The notes under the pieces were generated by a model, which was not told the DNA's origin, did not search any database, and was given only the letters and a program-made list of their open reading frames with translations. From positions 64,001 through 128,000 of the forward strand of contig JAXMOL010000009.1 in the NCBI GenBank assembly GCA_034669905.1: a stretch of 64,000 nt of DNA. The letters are read 5' to 3'. Positions 18,602-29,067 of this stretch are shown piece by piece; the first letter of the stretch is position 1; each line of letters opens with the position of its first letter. The position numbers were made by a program, and so were the translations under genes. The DNA is from Candidatus Hydrogenedentota bacterium. GTDB taxonomy: Bacteria > Hydrogenedentota > Hydrogenedentia > Hydrogenedentales > JAEUWI01.

Positions 18602-20143
18602 TCAGTGCTCCTGTTCTCCGTCTACACGACGTCCGATAAACCGCCACACAGCGTCCCGGTCCGTGGGGGAAAGACCGAATGAATACATGTAAGTATATAC
18701 CGCTACCACGATTCCGAGGGCAATACCCTTGGCACCCAGCGAGGCGTCCCAGGAGAGCTGGCTGAGCGCTGCACCAGCGACCAGGAAAATCAGGGCGTTG
18801 CGGGTAGCCCGATGGCGCACGAGGAGCTTCCCGTCAAGCCAGCCCCGAAGATGGCAGTAATAGAGCAAAAGGGCACAGTCCAGCGTAACGCGCACCGACC
18901 AGGCGAATGCGACACCCGCAAGGCCGCCATAGTGGTACCCGAAGACCAGCAGGGCCAGGTGGATGGGGAACTCGATGAGATGAAACTTTGCCGTGATATC
19001 CGGACGCCCACAGCCTTGGACAATGGAGTAGGGAATAAAGGCAAGGGCGTTCAACACGAATCCCGGAAGGAGAATGCGAAAAACCGAAACGCTGTGGGGC
19101 AGGTAGTTCTCGCCAAAGAAGAGCCAGACTATCCATGGGGCGCCTGCGGCAAGCATCACCCCAACCAGCCCCATAATACAAATCAGAAAATGAAGGGCCT
19201 GAAGACTCAGCTGCTGTAGTTTGTCATTGGCCTGGGCACTGTCTAAGGCGCTGATCGCCGGGAAGAGGGTGCTGGTCAAGGTCCCGGGTATGATCAGCAG
19301 GCGTTCGACAATCTGGAAGGGAGCCGCGTAATACGCCACCTGTCCCATGGAGCCCAGCGTTCCCAACAGGAAACGGTCGGCATACAAGAGCGCCGGTGCC
19401 AGCAGATTCGACACCGTCACCCACTTGCCAAAGTGCACCAGGGGCATCAAGCTGGCCACGGTGGGGCGGGGTCGCCGAAAGAAGCCGGGGACAATGCGGC
19501 CACAGGCCACGAAAAGAAGCCCGGTAAGCACGATGCGCGAGACGAGGAAAAGCCCGAAAAACAGTGCGAGCGTACCTTCAATCCAGGCTACCCAGAGGAT
19601 TAGTAACAGGCTCAAGACGTTTATGGGAGCCCGCACCGCATTAAGCAGGTCAAAACGTTGGTACGCCTCGAGCGCCCCGGCGAAGGAAAACTCGGTGAGC
19701 GAAAGCACAATCGTGCCTGCCAGGAAATAGAATACGTAGCGCGCCTCCGAGTGCAGCTCGTCGGGAATCGCAAAGACGTGGGCAACGAGGTAGGGGGTGA
19801 CCGCAATCAGGAGAGCCCCACCCAGCAGCCCCAGCAGGGTCTGGAGTCCAACGGCGCTCCAGATCAACAGGGGAACTTCCTCTTCCCGATTCGACGCCCG
19901 GTAGGCGGCACCATATCTTGCCACGGCCCGCCCCAGCCCCATGTCGAAAACAAAAAAGGACGAGATAATGGCAAATCCAATGGCGAATAGCCCGAAACGT
20001 TCTTCCCCCAGAAATCGCACAATGAACGGCGTGGTCGCCAGACCCACCACCAGGGGCAGGCCACGTCCCAGTAAATTGTAGACGGTGTTTCGGGCGATAC
20101 GTTGGCCATCGCCGTGGGCCTCGGCGTCGTTATCGTGGGTCAT
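18602..20143 (-). CDS. wzx: Wzx-type polysaccharide flippase
   Basis: IARNTVYNLLG...FLGEERFG, DMGLG, DRFLLG, YYAAP; multiple TM helices. Confidence 0.88.
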   Translation of the reverse strand: MTHDNDAEAHGDGQRIARNTVYNLLGRGLPLVVGLATTPFIVRFLGEERFGLFAIGFAIISSFFVFDMGLGRAVARYGAAYRASNREEEVPLLIWSAVGLQTLLGLLGGALLIAVTPYLVAHVFAIPDELHSEARYVFYFLAGTIVLSLTEFSFAGALEAYQRFDLLNAVRAPINVLSLLLILWVAWIEGTLALFFGLFLVSRIVLTGLLFVACGRIVPGFFRRPRPTVASLMPLVHFGKWVTVSNLLAPALLYADRFLLGTLGSMGQVAYYAAPFQIVERLLIIPGTLTSTLFPAISALDSAQANDKLQQLSLQALHFLICIMGLVGVMLAAGAPWIVWLFFGENYLPHSVSVFRILLPGFVLNALAFIPYSIVQGCGRPDITAKFHLIEFPIHLALLVFGYHYGGLAGVAFAWSVRVTLDCALLLYYCHLRGWLDGKLLVRHRATRNALIFLVAGAALSQLSWDASLGAKGIALGIVVAVYTYMYSFGLSPTDRDAVWRFIGRRVDGEQEH

Positions 20144-20319
20144 GGGCGTTTCGATAGGGCAATGGGGGATTCCGGTTGGCCGTTGGAAGGGGCACATGCT
20201 ACCATGTACCTACCGTTTGTAAATGGTACAGACGCCATCATACCCGCTCGTGTCGGTGGAATCTAGCCGTCCCGGTTACGGGCATGCCCTACATTCACTG
20301 TCTCCTGAAAGCGATTGAC

Positions 20320-21306
20320 ATGCGTAAGATTCTGATTACCGGCGGAGCCGGATTCGTGGGCCGCCATTTCTGCAAGCGTTTTCTCGACCAGGGGGACGAA
20401 GTCCACTGTGTGGACAGCGTCGTGGACCTGACGGGCGGCATTCTCCCCGAGGCAGGTTGGCCACTCTTCGACCCCCGTGACTATCCCAAATTCCACTTCT
20501 ATCACGAAGATTGTCGCGCCTGGTTTCAGCGGGTGGACGATACCGACTTCGACCTTGCGTTGCCCCTGGCCGCCATGGTCGGTGGCCGCATGATGATTGA
20601 GCACAATCCCCTGGCCGTGGCCGACGATCTGGCCATCGACTCCATGTTCTGGCAGTGGGCCGTCAAGGCCAAGCCCGCCCGCACCTGCTACTTCAGTTCC
20701 AGCGCCGCCTATCCCATTGCCCGGCAGACACGGGACCATTACGAGCTGCTGGTCGAAGACATGATTGAGTTTAAAGACAATATCGCCATGCCTGACCTGA
20801 CCTACGGATGGGCAAAGCTCACGGGAGAATACCTGGCCCGCCTCGCCTATGAGAAGCATGGCCTCAAATGTGTCTCCTACCGGCCTTTTTCCGGCTACGG
20901 CGAAGATCAGGACGACAATTACCCCTTTCCCGCTATTTGTAAACGGGTAATCCGGGAGCACGGCGCCGAGACCATCCAGGTGTGGGGCACGGGCGAGCAG
21001 ATGCGCGATTTTATACACATCGAAGACTGTGTTACCGGGGTTCTGACGACCATGGAATCCATCGACAATGGAGACGCCATCAATCTTTCCACCGGTATCC
21101 TGACGAACTTCAAAGACATGGTACGCATGGCGGCGAAGGAACTCGGCTATGCGCCAGAGGTGACAGGCACGTCCACCCGCCCCGAAGGGGTCTTCGCCCG
21201 GGGAGGCGATACAAAAAAACAGAAATCGCTGGGCTTTGAAGCGGCCACCGATTTCCAGACCGGAATCCGTAATGCCCTCGCGTATTTTCAGGCCCAGGAC
21301 ACCTGA
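20320..21306 (+). CDS. NAD-dependent nucleotide-sugar epimerase/dehydratase
   Basis: ILITGGAGFVG, SSS, YGWAK (YxxxK), VWGTGEQMRDFIHIED. Confidence 0.9.
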   Translation: MRKILITGGAGFVGRHFCKRFLDQGDEVHCVDSVVDLTGGILPEAGWPLFDPRDYPKFHFYHEDCRAWFQRVDDTDFDLALPLAAMVGGRMMIEHNPLAVADDLAIDSMFWQWAVKAKPARTCYFSSSAAYPIARQTRDHYELLVEDMIEFKDNIAMPDLTYGWAKLTGEYLARLAYEKHGLKCVSYRPFSGYGEDQDDNYPFPAICKRVIREHGAETIQVWGTGEQMRDFIHIEDCVTGVLTTMESIDNGDAINLSTGILTNFKDMVRMAAKELGYAPEVTGTSTRPEGVFARGGDTKKQKSLGFEAATDFQTGIRNALAYFQAQDT

Positions 21307-21322
21307 CCACGACGTCCCGAAA

Positions 21323-21589
21323 TCAGGCCTGATACCAGACCCGGATGAATTGATTCCAGGTGGTCGAACGTTCGTCGCTCTGGCGTAACGAAGTGTCGGT
21401 GGAACCCTCTTCGCGACGGGAGCGCATGTTGGGTAGTACGACGGTTTCGATGTTAATGACAGTCACCTTTGCGCTTTCTATCCAGCTGCCCGCCTCGTTC
21501 ACTGCATCTTCGAAGGACGCGTATTGGGCCGCACTCAGAAAGCCCCCCTCGGACAATTGTCTGGGGGCAAAGTCTTTAAACTCAATCAT
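21323..21589 (-). CDS. Small hypothetical protein
   Basis: 88-aa ORF with an RBS-like GAGG; INIETVVLPN...QFIRVWY looks protein-like. Confidence 0.6.
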   Translation of the reverse strand: MIEFKDFAPRQLSEGGFLSAAQYASFEDAVNEAGSWIESAKVTVINIETVVLPNMRSRREEGSTDTSLRQSDERSTTWNQFIRVWYQA

Positions 21590-21665
21590 GGCTTCAGCCT
21601 CGGTGTTATGCGTGTGTCAGTTGGACTTGCTGTGAGAGCCGCCACGAATTGGGGCCACAAACACA

Positions 21666-23126
21666 CTACCGGTACGGGTTCGGCTCCCATTCGTAACGGC
21701 GCTCCGCGTCAAAGGCTGGATTCGGAACGGGGTTCTGCGCATCGGTGCGCGTCTGCCAGTCCTTCAATGCCGCTTTCATTTCGTTCGTTTTTTCCGGATA
21801 GCTGAAACGGAGGTCGGTCATTTCGTTCACGTCGTACCGAAGGTTGTAGAGTTCCACATCCCCGGACACCAGATTCTCGACGATTTTCCAGTCACCCTTT
21901 CGCAGGGCGGACATGGGTTGCTCATGGTGATAAACCGGATAGTGGGTAAACACTTCCCGTTCGGGGTCAACGGTGTTGTTTGTCAGGGCAGGGAGCATCG
22001 AGAACCCATCCAGCACCTGTTCGGATGGGGGTTCCGTACCCGCCACGTCCAGGAAGGTGGGATAGAAATCCACGCTCGATACGATGGCCTCTGACTGGGA
22101 GTTGGCGGGTATCTTTCCCGGCCATCGGACGATTAAAGGAACCTGAATGCCGCCTTCGTAGAGCGTCCCTTTGCCGGCCCGCAAGGGTGCATTCGACGTG
22201 GCAATGTATTGCAGGGGATGCCCCTCGGGGTAGACATCCTTACTCTTGCCGCCCAATAGGGGGATGTTGTCGTAGCGGTTGTCAACGCCGCCATTGTCGG
22301 AGTAGAAAATAAATATCGTATTGTCTGCCAGGCCAAGTTCATCCACGGCACGCATGAGGGCACCGACACTTTTGTCCAGATGTTCTATCATGGCCGCATA
22401 GACGGCATTGCCGGGATAATCCGGGTCCCGCTTTTTGTTCAGGTATTTATTGATCAGGTCCCGATCCGCATCCAGCTGAACGTGGACGTCGTAGTGCGAT
22501 ACGAATAGAAAGAAGGGTTCCTTCTGGTGTGCTTTCATGAATTCGATGCCCATGTCACTGAGCGTATCACTCAGGCGTTGGCCTTTCCCGCCCTCGTAGG
22601 CAGGTACGAACTTGGGATTGTAAAAGCCACCGCCACGATAGACGTGGGCCTGGTCGTAGCCCCGCGCCTCGGGCGAATGCTCACCGCCACCCAAATGCCA
22701 TTTCCCGAAGTACCCGGTTTTGTATCCCGCCGCCTGCATCGCATCGCCGATGGTTCGAATATCCCCCGGTAAGTGTTGGACCTTGTGGTGGGGGACAGTG
22801 ACTTCCTCGTAGGGGCGCCAGTGGCCGGGGATAAAATCGAAGATGCCGACCCGTGCCGGATATTGTCCCGCCTGAATGCTTGCCCGCGTCGCCGAGCAGA
22901 CGGGGGCTGCATAGGCGTTGAGAAAGCGCATGCCCTGGGTGGCCAGTTTGTCGATATGGGGGGCTTCGTTGAAGGCGTTGCCATAGGCCGGTAAATCTCT
23001 TCCGCCCAGGTCATCCGCCATGATTAAGACGATATTGGGACGTTCCTGGGCGGGGGTCACCATAGTGCCCAATACCGAGGCGAGAAGGAGAAGCAGTGTT
23101 TTTCGAGTGAGACGTATCATATCCAC
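21666..23126 (-). CDS. Exported Cys-type (formylglycine) sulfatase
   Basis: RPNIVLIMADDLG, CSATR, GKWHLG, SDNGG, KGTLYEGG. Confidence 0.92.
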   Translation of the reverse strand: MDMIRLTRKTLLLLLASVLGTMVTPAQERPNIVLIMADDLGGRDLPAYGNAFNEAPHIDKLATQGMRFLNAYAAPVCSATRASIQAGQYPARVGIFDFIPGHWRPYEEVTVPHHKVQHLPGDIRTIGDAMQAAGYKTGYFGKWHLGGGEHSPEARGYDQAHVYRGGGFYNPKFVPAYEGGKGQRLSDTLSDMGIEFMKAHQKEPFFLFVSHYDVHVQLDADRDLINKYLNKKRDPDYPGNAVYAAMIEHLDKSVGALMRAVDELGLADNTIFIFYSDNGGVDNRYDNIPLLGGKSKDVYPEGHPLQYIATSNAPLRAGKGTLYEGGIQVPLIVRWPGKIPANSQSEAIVSSVDFYPTFLDVAGTEPPSEQVLDGFSMLPALTNNTVDPEREVFTHYPVYHHEQPMSALRKGDWKIVENLVSGDVELYNLRYDVNEMTDLRFSYPEKTNEMKAALKDWQTRTDAQNPVPNPAFDAERRYEWEPNPYR

Positions 23127-23299
23127 CTTTCAATGAAGCGTCTTGAACTAGGGGTCGGAGTACGTATTTTTTCTGAATACGATACTCGATCGCACGGGTA
23201 CGATTCACGGTGAAGGTAGGAGAATGGGTATGCCGCGCACGTTACCCGGTGCTGCCGCATGGCCGGTGCGCCGGAATCAGCCCAACGGTCCCTGCCCGC

Positions 23300-24754
23300 T
23301 CAGCCGTCGCTCTCTCTTGCCGGGTTCACGCTTTCATTACTCAGCGCCACCGCCATGGCCATCCAGAAAATCATGCCCAAGGGAAACATGGAGAACATGC
23401 TCACGGTAAAGTTCACCAGCACGAAGCCCACGATTCCCACAAGGGCCGCCATAATCCACCGCTGCTGTTCCGGTCGGGACTGACGCAGGTTTTGGACGCC
23501 GCGCCAGATTCCCCGAAAGATGAGAAGCAAAATGAGCCCACTGCCGATGGCGCCGAATTCGAAGAGTATGCGTGCGTAGTGTAGATCCGGCTCTTGAATG
23601 ATACGGGTCGTGTTATTGTAGGTGACTTCAATATCGGCATAATTGAACGCGTTGGGGCCGTAGCCGAAGAAAATGCGCGCCGACTGTACCCGCTCCCAAA
23701 CGGCTTCAAAAACGACCACACGATAGTATTCGGTCGAGCCTTCTTCCACTTTACTGGGGTTGATAAAAGGCTCGAACAGGTCCTGCACCGTTTCGTTGAG
23801 CTGGTAGGCGAGGAAAGCAGCGCCGACGGCGATACACCCCAGGGTCACGATAAAGGCCATGCGGCGGAGGTCCCGGCGGCACTCCCAAAGCACGAGGCCC
23901 CCAACCTCCATGGCGAGGATAATCCAGGGGGCCCGGCTCACCGTAAAGAGCGCCGCAACCAGGATGGCCGTCCCGAGCACGGCGAGTGCCACCCGCACTT
24001 CGTTACGTCGTGTATTGAGAAAATCGACCACCACAAAGGGAAAGACGAGGTTCAGAAAACAGGCATAGGCGATGGGGTGAAAGAAGGTTGACCGTGCCCG
24101 TAAAATGCCGGCCCGAAAATCCAGCCAGCCATCCGGGATAAAGGGTACCAGGGGATTGGTGCCCGCATAGACCTCCACATAGGCCAGCAGACAGGTGATG
24201 AACGTCGCGATATAGAGGGCGGTTCGCAGGCTTTTCCAGAAGCCGGGAACCTGCAGAAAGTAAAGAAACAGGTAGAAAAAGAGCAACTGCTCCAGAATCT
24301 CCCGACCGAAGACTGCATAGATACTCACGACCGGAGCCACGGAGACAAAGGTGCTCACCAGCGAGGACGCGATGTAGAGGCAGGCCCCGCCAAACAACGG
24401 CCAGACGGCACGGTATCCGGGAATGAGCGTGCCATAGACCAGCAGGCGCAGAAAAAGACCCAGCAGGAAAGCCCCCATGAAGATGCGGGTGGGCCCAATG
24501 CGCGGAAGTGGTCCCACATCGACGGACAGGTCCAGCGTTACAAGTACGGAAAAGCCGAGTAGCGTGAGAAAAACCGGGATGGGCCGGAGAAAGGACACGA
24601 GTGTGAGTAAAAAGAAGAATGCCACGCCAATTGGGATGACAAGCAGATCATTAGCCGTGCTGATGAGGACCGAGGCCCCGAGCGCCAGGAAAAAAAGGCC
24701 AATGGCGATTTGGCCGGGCAAACGGCTCGGTGTTTGAGAAGACGTAGCTTCCAT
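23300..24754 (-). CDS. O-antigen ligase / Wzy polymerase-like membrane protein
   Basis: Multiple TM helices; RARSTFFHPI, TVSRAPW, FGYGP; EPS-locus context. Confidence 0.8.
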   Translation of the reverse strand: MEATSSQTPSRLPGQIAIGLFFLALGASVLISTANDLLVIPIGVAFFFLLTLVSFLRPIPVFLTLLGFSVLVTLDLSVDVGPLPRIGPTRIFMGAFLLGLFLRLLVYGTLIPGYRAVWPLFGGACLYIASSLVSTFVSVAPVVSIYAVFGREILEQLLFFYLFLYFLQVPGFWKSLRTALYIATFITCLLAYVEVYAGTNPLVPFIPDGWLDFRAGILRARSTFFHPIAYACFLNLVFPFVVVDFLNTRRNEVRVALAVLGTAILVAALFTVSRAPWIILAMEVGGLVLWECRRDLRRMAFIVTLGCIAVGAAFLAYQLNETVQDLFEPFINPSKVEEGSTEYYRVVVFEAVWERVQSARIFFGYGPNAFNYADIEVTYNNTTRIIQEPDLHYARILFEFGAIGSGLILLLIFRGIWRGVQNLRQSRPEQQRWIMAALVGIVGFVLVNFTVSMFSMFPLGMIFWMAMAVALSNESVNPARESDG

Positions 24755-24810
24755 GGATGCTCAGTTTTTCCCTTCGGATATCCGTGATACAACCGGAACG
24801 ATTCGGGAGC

Positions 24811-25593
24811 TCACGGGGTCCCGGGCTTTCCCGTCAGGCCCAGGCGCTTACAGACTACGGCATAGCCGACCCGCCATACAAAAGGGAGGTCTTCCACCAG
24901 ATAGCGCCGCACCAGACGGCCCGGATCCTGAAACATGCGGTAGAGCCATTCGAGCCCGTTGTCTCGCATCCAGCGGGGGGCCCGGGGCAACGCTCCACTA
25001 ATGATATCAAAGGCCGACCCGATACCGATACCCACATGGGCACCGGACGCATCCAGATGATCCCGTATCCACCGCTCCTGCTTGGGGGCACCCAGGGCCA
25101 CCAGCACCATGGCCGCACCAAATTCCCGCACGGCCGTCAGTAATTCCTCATTCGCTTCGTCCGTGAGGGGGTAAGGCGTGGGAAAGGCCTTGAGACGGGC
25201 GCCGGGGTAGCGTTCTTGCATCGTTTCGGCGGCCTTGACGGTAATGTCATACTGGGCGCCAATCATTGCGATGCCCACATTGAGCTGCTCCGAGAGGGCG
25301 GCACACTCCCAGACCATATCGGTACCGCTGACCCGGCCTTTGAGGGGCGTGCCCAGTCCTGCCGCGGCCCACGTCACCGGTACGCCGTCACAGATGACCA
25401 GCCCGCAATCGTGAAAAATAGCGGAGAAGTCCGGAATCTGTTCCGCCTTGATGACCATGTCCACATTGCCGACGCATACATGGAGGCGTTCGCCACTGGA
25501 TAATGCCTGTCCGATCCGTTCCGCCGCCTCGTCAAACGTGACGGCGTCAAAGGGGCAGCCAAGTACCTCAATTCGTTCGGGGGGAGTGGTCAT
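24811..25593 (-). CDS. WecB/TagA/CpsF glycosyltransferase
   Basis: DGVPV, RVSGTD, VALGAPKQE, RAPRWMR..GLEWLYR. Confidence 0.92.
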   Translation of the reverse strand: MTTPPERIEVLGCPFDAVTFDEAAERIGQALSSGERLHVCVGNVDMVIKAEQIPDFSAIFHDCGLVICDGVPVTWAAAGLGTPLKGRVSGTDMVWECAALSEQLNVGIAMIGAQYDITVKAAETMQERYPGARLKAFPTPYPLTDEANEELLTAVREFGAAMVLVALGAPKQERWIRDHLDASGAHVGIGIGSAFDIISGALPRAPRWMRDNGLEWLYRMFQDPGRLVRRYLVEDLPFVWRVGYAVVCKRLGLTGKPGTP

Positions 25594-26531
25594 TCGGAGG
25601 CACCTTTCGAAAAGTGGAGGGCCAACAGCTGAAAAAATGTTCGCCAACGCACGGGCTCTGGTCGCAGATTCCTCTCCCGCCAGCACTGGCGGGCGGCCGT
25701 CCAGCCGGTTAACAGGGTGCCGACGGAACCTTCCCGGCGCAGCACGGTACGAAGGGTCATAGAGGCTACCCGCAGCAGACTGAAGATCAATCCAGCGCCC
25801 CGGGGATAGGCGTGCCAGTAGATCAATACGCCGTTCTTCAGTTCCACTACCCGCCGCTCGATGGCGTTACGGCGCCCGCGGGGATCGGGATAGTGACGTA
25901 CGGCCGCTTCAGGCCGATAGCGTACCCGCCAATTCCGGTCCAGCAAGCGCAGTGCCAGGGCTTCTTCCTCGCGGGAATACTCAATGATTTCCCAAAAACC
26001 GCCACAGGCCTGATAGGCCTCTGCCCGAACACAAAAGCCCGCACCGGCGAAGGTAAAGGTATCAAAGGGTTCGTCGAACCACCTTTCGACGGGGCGGCGG
26101 TAGACCCAGCAAAAGGGATCGGCCTCGTCCTCGTCGCCGGCCCGAATCTGGCAGCCCACGAGGCCAAGGGCCGGATCCTGCGTAAAGCGTTGCCGCAGCG
26201 TTTCCGCCACGTCCGGTCCCACCAGCGTGGCATCGTTGTCCATAAAAAAGAGCAATTCTCCGGTGGCCAGAGACGCCGCCAGATTGCGGGAGTGGGGGAC
26301 CCCCGCCGGCGCACAGGAATGGCAGATCACGTCGATGCCAAGGGCTTCCAGCGCGACCGTCTGGCGCGCGATAACTTCCGCCGAATCGTCCGTCGACTCC
26401 GCATCCAGCAGCACGACCTCCAGGGGGCGGGCCTGCTGCGTGGCGATGGACGCCAGGCAGCGTTCCAGACAATCGCCGCGATTGCGGTTGTGCACCAGAA
26501 TGCTGATCCCCATGACACTATCCGCGTTCAT
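25590..26531 (-). CDS. Family 2 glycosyltransferase
   Basis: LLDAESTD, SRNLA, FFMDND. Confidence 0.85.
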   Translation of the reverse strand: MNADSVMGISILVHNRNRGDCLERCLASIATQQARPLEVVLLDAESTDDSAEVIARQTVALEALGIDVICHSCAPAGVPHSRNLAASLATGELLFFMDNDATLVGPDVAETLRQRFTQDPALGLVGCQIRAGDEDEADPFCWVYRRPVERWFDEPFDTFTFAGAGFCVRAEAYQACGGFWEIIEYSREEEALALRLLDRNWRVRYRPEAAVRHYPDPRGRRNAIERRVVELKNGVLIYWHAYPRGAGLIFSLLRVASMTLRTVLRREGSVGTLLTGWTAARQCWRERNLRPEPVRWRTFFQLLALHFSKGASE

Positions 26532-27549
26532 GGGCCTTATCCGGGGCGAAGGGCACGGGCTCGGCGTCGAAGCGGGCGCGGGCCTCCTGGATGCAACGGG
26601 ACTTGCTGGAAATGCACCATCGGAGCATAGTAAAGGATACGTCGAATCGGGTGAAGAGTCGCTTGCGAATGTGGGGGTTGACGGCCAACGGAAGGGCGAG
26701 GACGTAGAGCATGATCCGAAACAGGTTTCCAAGGGCCAGCACCAGGGTGAAGGTCTGGGCGGTCCGCAAGGAACGGTAACGCCGAAAATACATCCACGGT
26801 GCCTGGCCATCTTCCAGGGCCAACAGGAAGCGGGCGATGGGGGAGAGGGCCGCACTTTCGCCACCGAGATGGGTTACCCGGGCGGCGGGTTCATAGCCAC
26901 ACCGTTTACCCGTGGCATTGACCTTGCCGCAGAGGTCCATGTCTTCGAAATACATGGGCAATTCATCATCAAATCCCCCGACTGCGTGGAAGCGTGCCGC
27001 TTCCATAAACATGGCCGCCCCGGTGAGGCACTCCACCTCCTGCGACGTGACCCGCTTGGAAGGGTGGAGGTAGGCCGCGCCAAAGACCGGATGGCCCGGA
27101 AACAAGGTGCGGAGCCCCAGATAGCGAAAGCAGGTGTTTCGTAGCGACGGAAAAGACCGGGCATCCACCACCACGGAGTGCCCCGCTTCGTCACAGATAG
27201 AGGGTCCCACGATGCCCAGTTGCTCGTCGCCGACTAAGCGAGTACGCAGCAGGGCGATGGCATTATTTTCCAACCGCGCGTCCGGGTTCAGGAAGAAAAG
27301 ATACTGCCCGTTGGCCTGCGCTGCGGCCAGGTTGTTCGCCTTTGGAAAGCCCAGATTCGCCCCCATGAGCAACAACCGAACCTCGGGATACTGGTCGGCT
27401 ATCAAGGAGACCGTCTCATCGGAGCTGCCATTGTCCGCAACGATTATCTCCAGGATCTCCTCACTGCCATGACGTTGGAGGCTCTCCAGACAGGATGCTA
27501 TGCAGCCGGCGGAATTCCACGTGACAATGATGACGGAGACATCCGGCAT
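26518..27549 (-). CDS. Family 2 glycosyltransferase
   Basis: VSVIIVTWN, ADNGSSD, NLGFPKANN, LNPD, GGFDDELPMYFEDMD. Confidence 0.9.
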   Translation of the reverse strand: MPDVSVIIVTWNSAGCIASCLESLQRHGSEEILEIIVADNGSSDETVSLIADQYPEVRLLLMGANLGFPKANNLAAAQANGQYLFFLNPDARLENNAIALLRTRLVGDEQLGIVGPSICDEAGHSVVVDARSFPSLRNTCFRYLGLRTLFPGHPVFGAAYLHPSKRVTSQEVECLTGAAMFMEAARFHAVGGFDDELPMYFEDMDLCGKVNATGKRCGYEPAARVTHLGGESAALSPIARFLLALEDGQAPWMYFRRYRSLRTAQTFTLVLALGNLFRIMLYVLALPLAVNPHIRKRLFTRFDVSFTMLRWCISSKSRCIQEARARFDAEPVPFAPDKAHERG

Positions 27550-27554
27550 GACCG

Positions 27555-29045
27555 CTAATAGGCCCCTTTCCCACGAAGCACTGCCGGGATGGTCTGAACG
27601 AGTATCTTCAGGTCGAGCAACAGCGACCACGTGTCAATATAGGCCATGTCCAACGTCATCCACTGCTCAAAGGAGACGGACTGATCAGCGCGACCGGCAA
27701 TTTGCCAGAGACAGGTAATGCCCGGTCGAATGCCAAAGCGCCGCCGGGGCCAGTCCAGCACAATATTGTCTGCGTCCCGCAAGGGGAGGGGGCGGGGGCC
27801 CACCAGGCTCATCTCTCCGATGAGTACATTAAACAGTTGGGGGAGCTCATCGATGCTGGTGCGTCGAAGCCAACGCCCCAGGGGGGTCACACGGGGGTCG
27901 TGTTGGATTTTGAAGTGGCCCCCTTCGGCTTCGTTCAGATGTTCCAGCTCGGCCATGCGCGACTCGGCATCTTCGACCATAGTTCGAAACTTATAGAGCC
28001 GAAAGACGCGCTTGTTCAGGCCTACCCGCTCCTGCACGAAGATGGCCGGGCCGCTGGAAGTCAGCTTCACCAGGACGGCCACGAGTAGCAGCAGGGGAGA
28101 GAGGAGGAGAAGAAGAAAGCCGGAACACACGACATCGATGAGACGCTTCAGCACCATTTCCCGTTCGTCCAGAATGCTCGAGGAAATGAGCAGCACAAGG
28201 CTGGAGCTGAAGTACTTCTGCCGCACCCGGGGATTCTGAATGTTGAAAAGTTTCGTCGAAATACTCAGGGGAATTCCCTGCTCTTCGCAGGTTTCCACAA
28301 TGCGGGCAATGGCGCTGTAGTGCGATTTTACGGGGAGACAGATGATCACTTCGTCTACCACGTGGTCTCTCAGGTAGGCAGAGAGCGCGTCAAAGGAGGA
28401 CACGATTTTACCGGTCGTCTCGGATTCCGCGCCTTCAGAGGGCCATCGCTTATCGACGAAGCCGAGAAAGTGGTAGCCCATCTCGGGGCGACGCTGGTAA
28501 CGGTCCGCCAGCGATCGGGCCCGTCGGTTGGTGCCCACGATTAACAGCTGTTTGGCATGGACCGTGGCCAGGCCGGTTCGCAGTACCAGATAGTTCAGGA
28601 GGAGCCGACCCCCGACACAAATGGCAGTAGAAACGATGAAAAACGTGGTGATGAACAGGGAAGTGACAATCCCGTATTCGAAAATGGCCGCCAGGATGGT
28701 GAGCAGAAGCGTTCCCGCCATCGTGGCCCGAATCAGCGCGGTGAATTTACCTTCCTGAAAATAAGCTGCATTGTAGTCATACAGCAAATGCAGCGCGAAG
28801 ACCACGTGCCAGACGAGCGCAAAGCCCACCACAAATAGGTAGTTGTGCAGATGGGTGCGGACATTGATCGCTTCCTGCAGCGATTCATCGGGTTGGGTGG
28901 CCAGGCATACTACGGTGGCAAGATAAAGGCTGCCGATAAGCGCCGCCTGATCCATCAGCTGGAGACACGACAAGACCCAACGCCGTCCCAAAGGGGCGCG
29001 AAGCCTATCGGTTGTTGCAGGTGTGGGGGCTTCGGTAGGGGTCAT
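27555..29045 (-). CDS. Priming polyprenyl glycosylphosphotransferase (WcaJ/WbaP family)
   Basis: KRLIDV, YKFRTM, DPRVT, SIDELPQLFNVLIGEMSLVGPRP, RPGIT. Confidence 0.93.
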   Translation of the reverse strand: MTPTEAPTPATTDRLRAPLGRRWVLSCLQLMDQAALIGSLYLATVVCLATQPDESLQEAINVRTHLHNYLFVVGFALVWHVVFALHLLYDYNAAYFQEGKFTALIRATMAGTLLLTILAAIFEYGIVTSLFITTFFIVSTAICVGGRLLLNYLVLRTGLATVHAKQLLIVGTNRRARSLADRYQRRPEMGYHFLGFVDKRWPSEGAESETTGKIVSSFDALSAYLRDHVVDEVIICLPVKSHYSAIARIVETCEEQGIPLSISTKLFNIQNPRVRQKYFSSSLVLLISSSILDEREMVLKRLIDVVCSGFLLLLLSPLLLLVAVLVKLTSSGPAIFVQERVGLNKRVFRLYKFRTMVEDAESRMAELEHLNEAEGGHFKIQHDPRVTPLGRWLRRTSIDELPQLFNVLIGEMSLVGPRPLPLRDADNIVLDWPRRRFGIRPGITCLWQIAGRADQSVSFEQWMTLDMAYIDTWSLLLDLKILVQTIPAVLRGKGAY

Positions 29046-29067
29046 GGATTACCGGATGCGCCATGCC

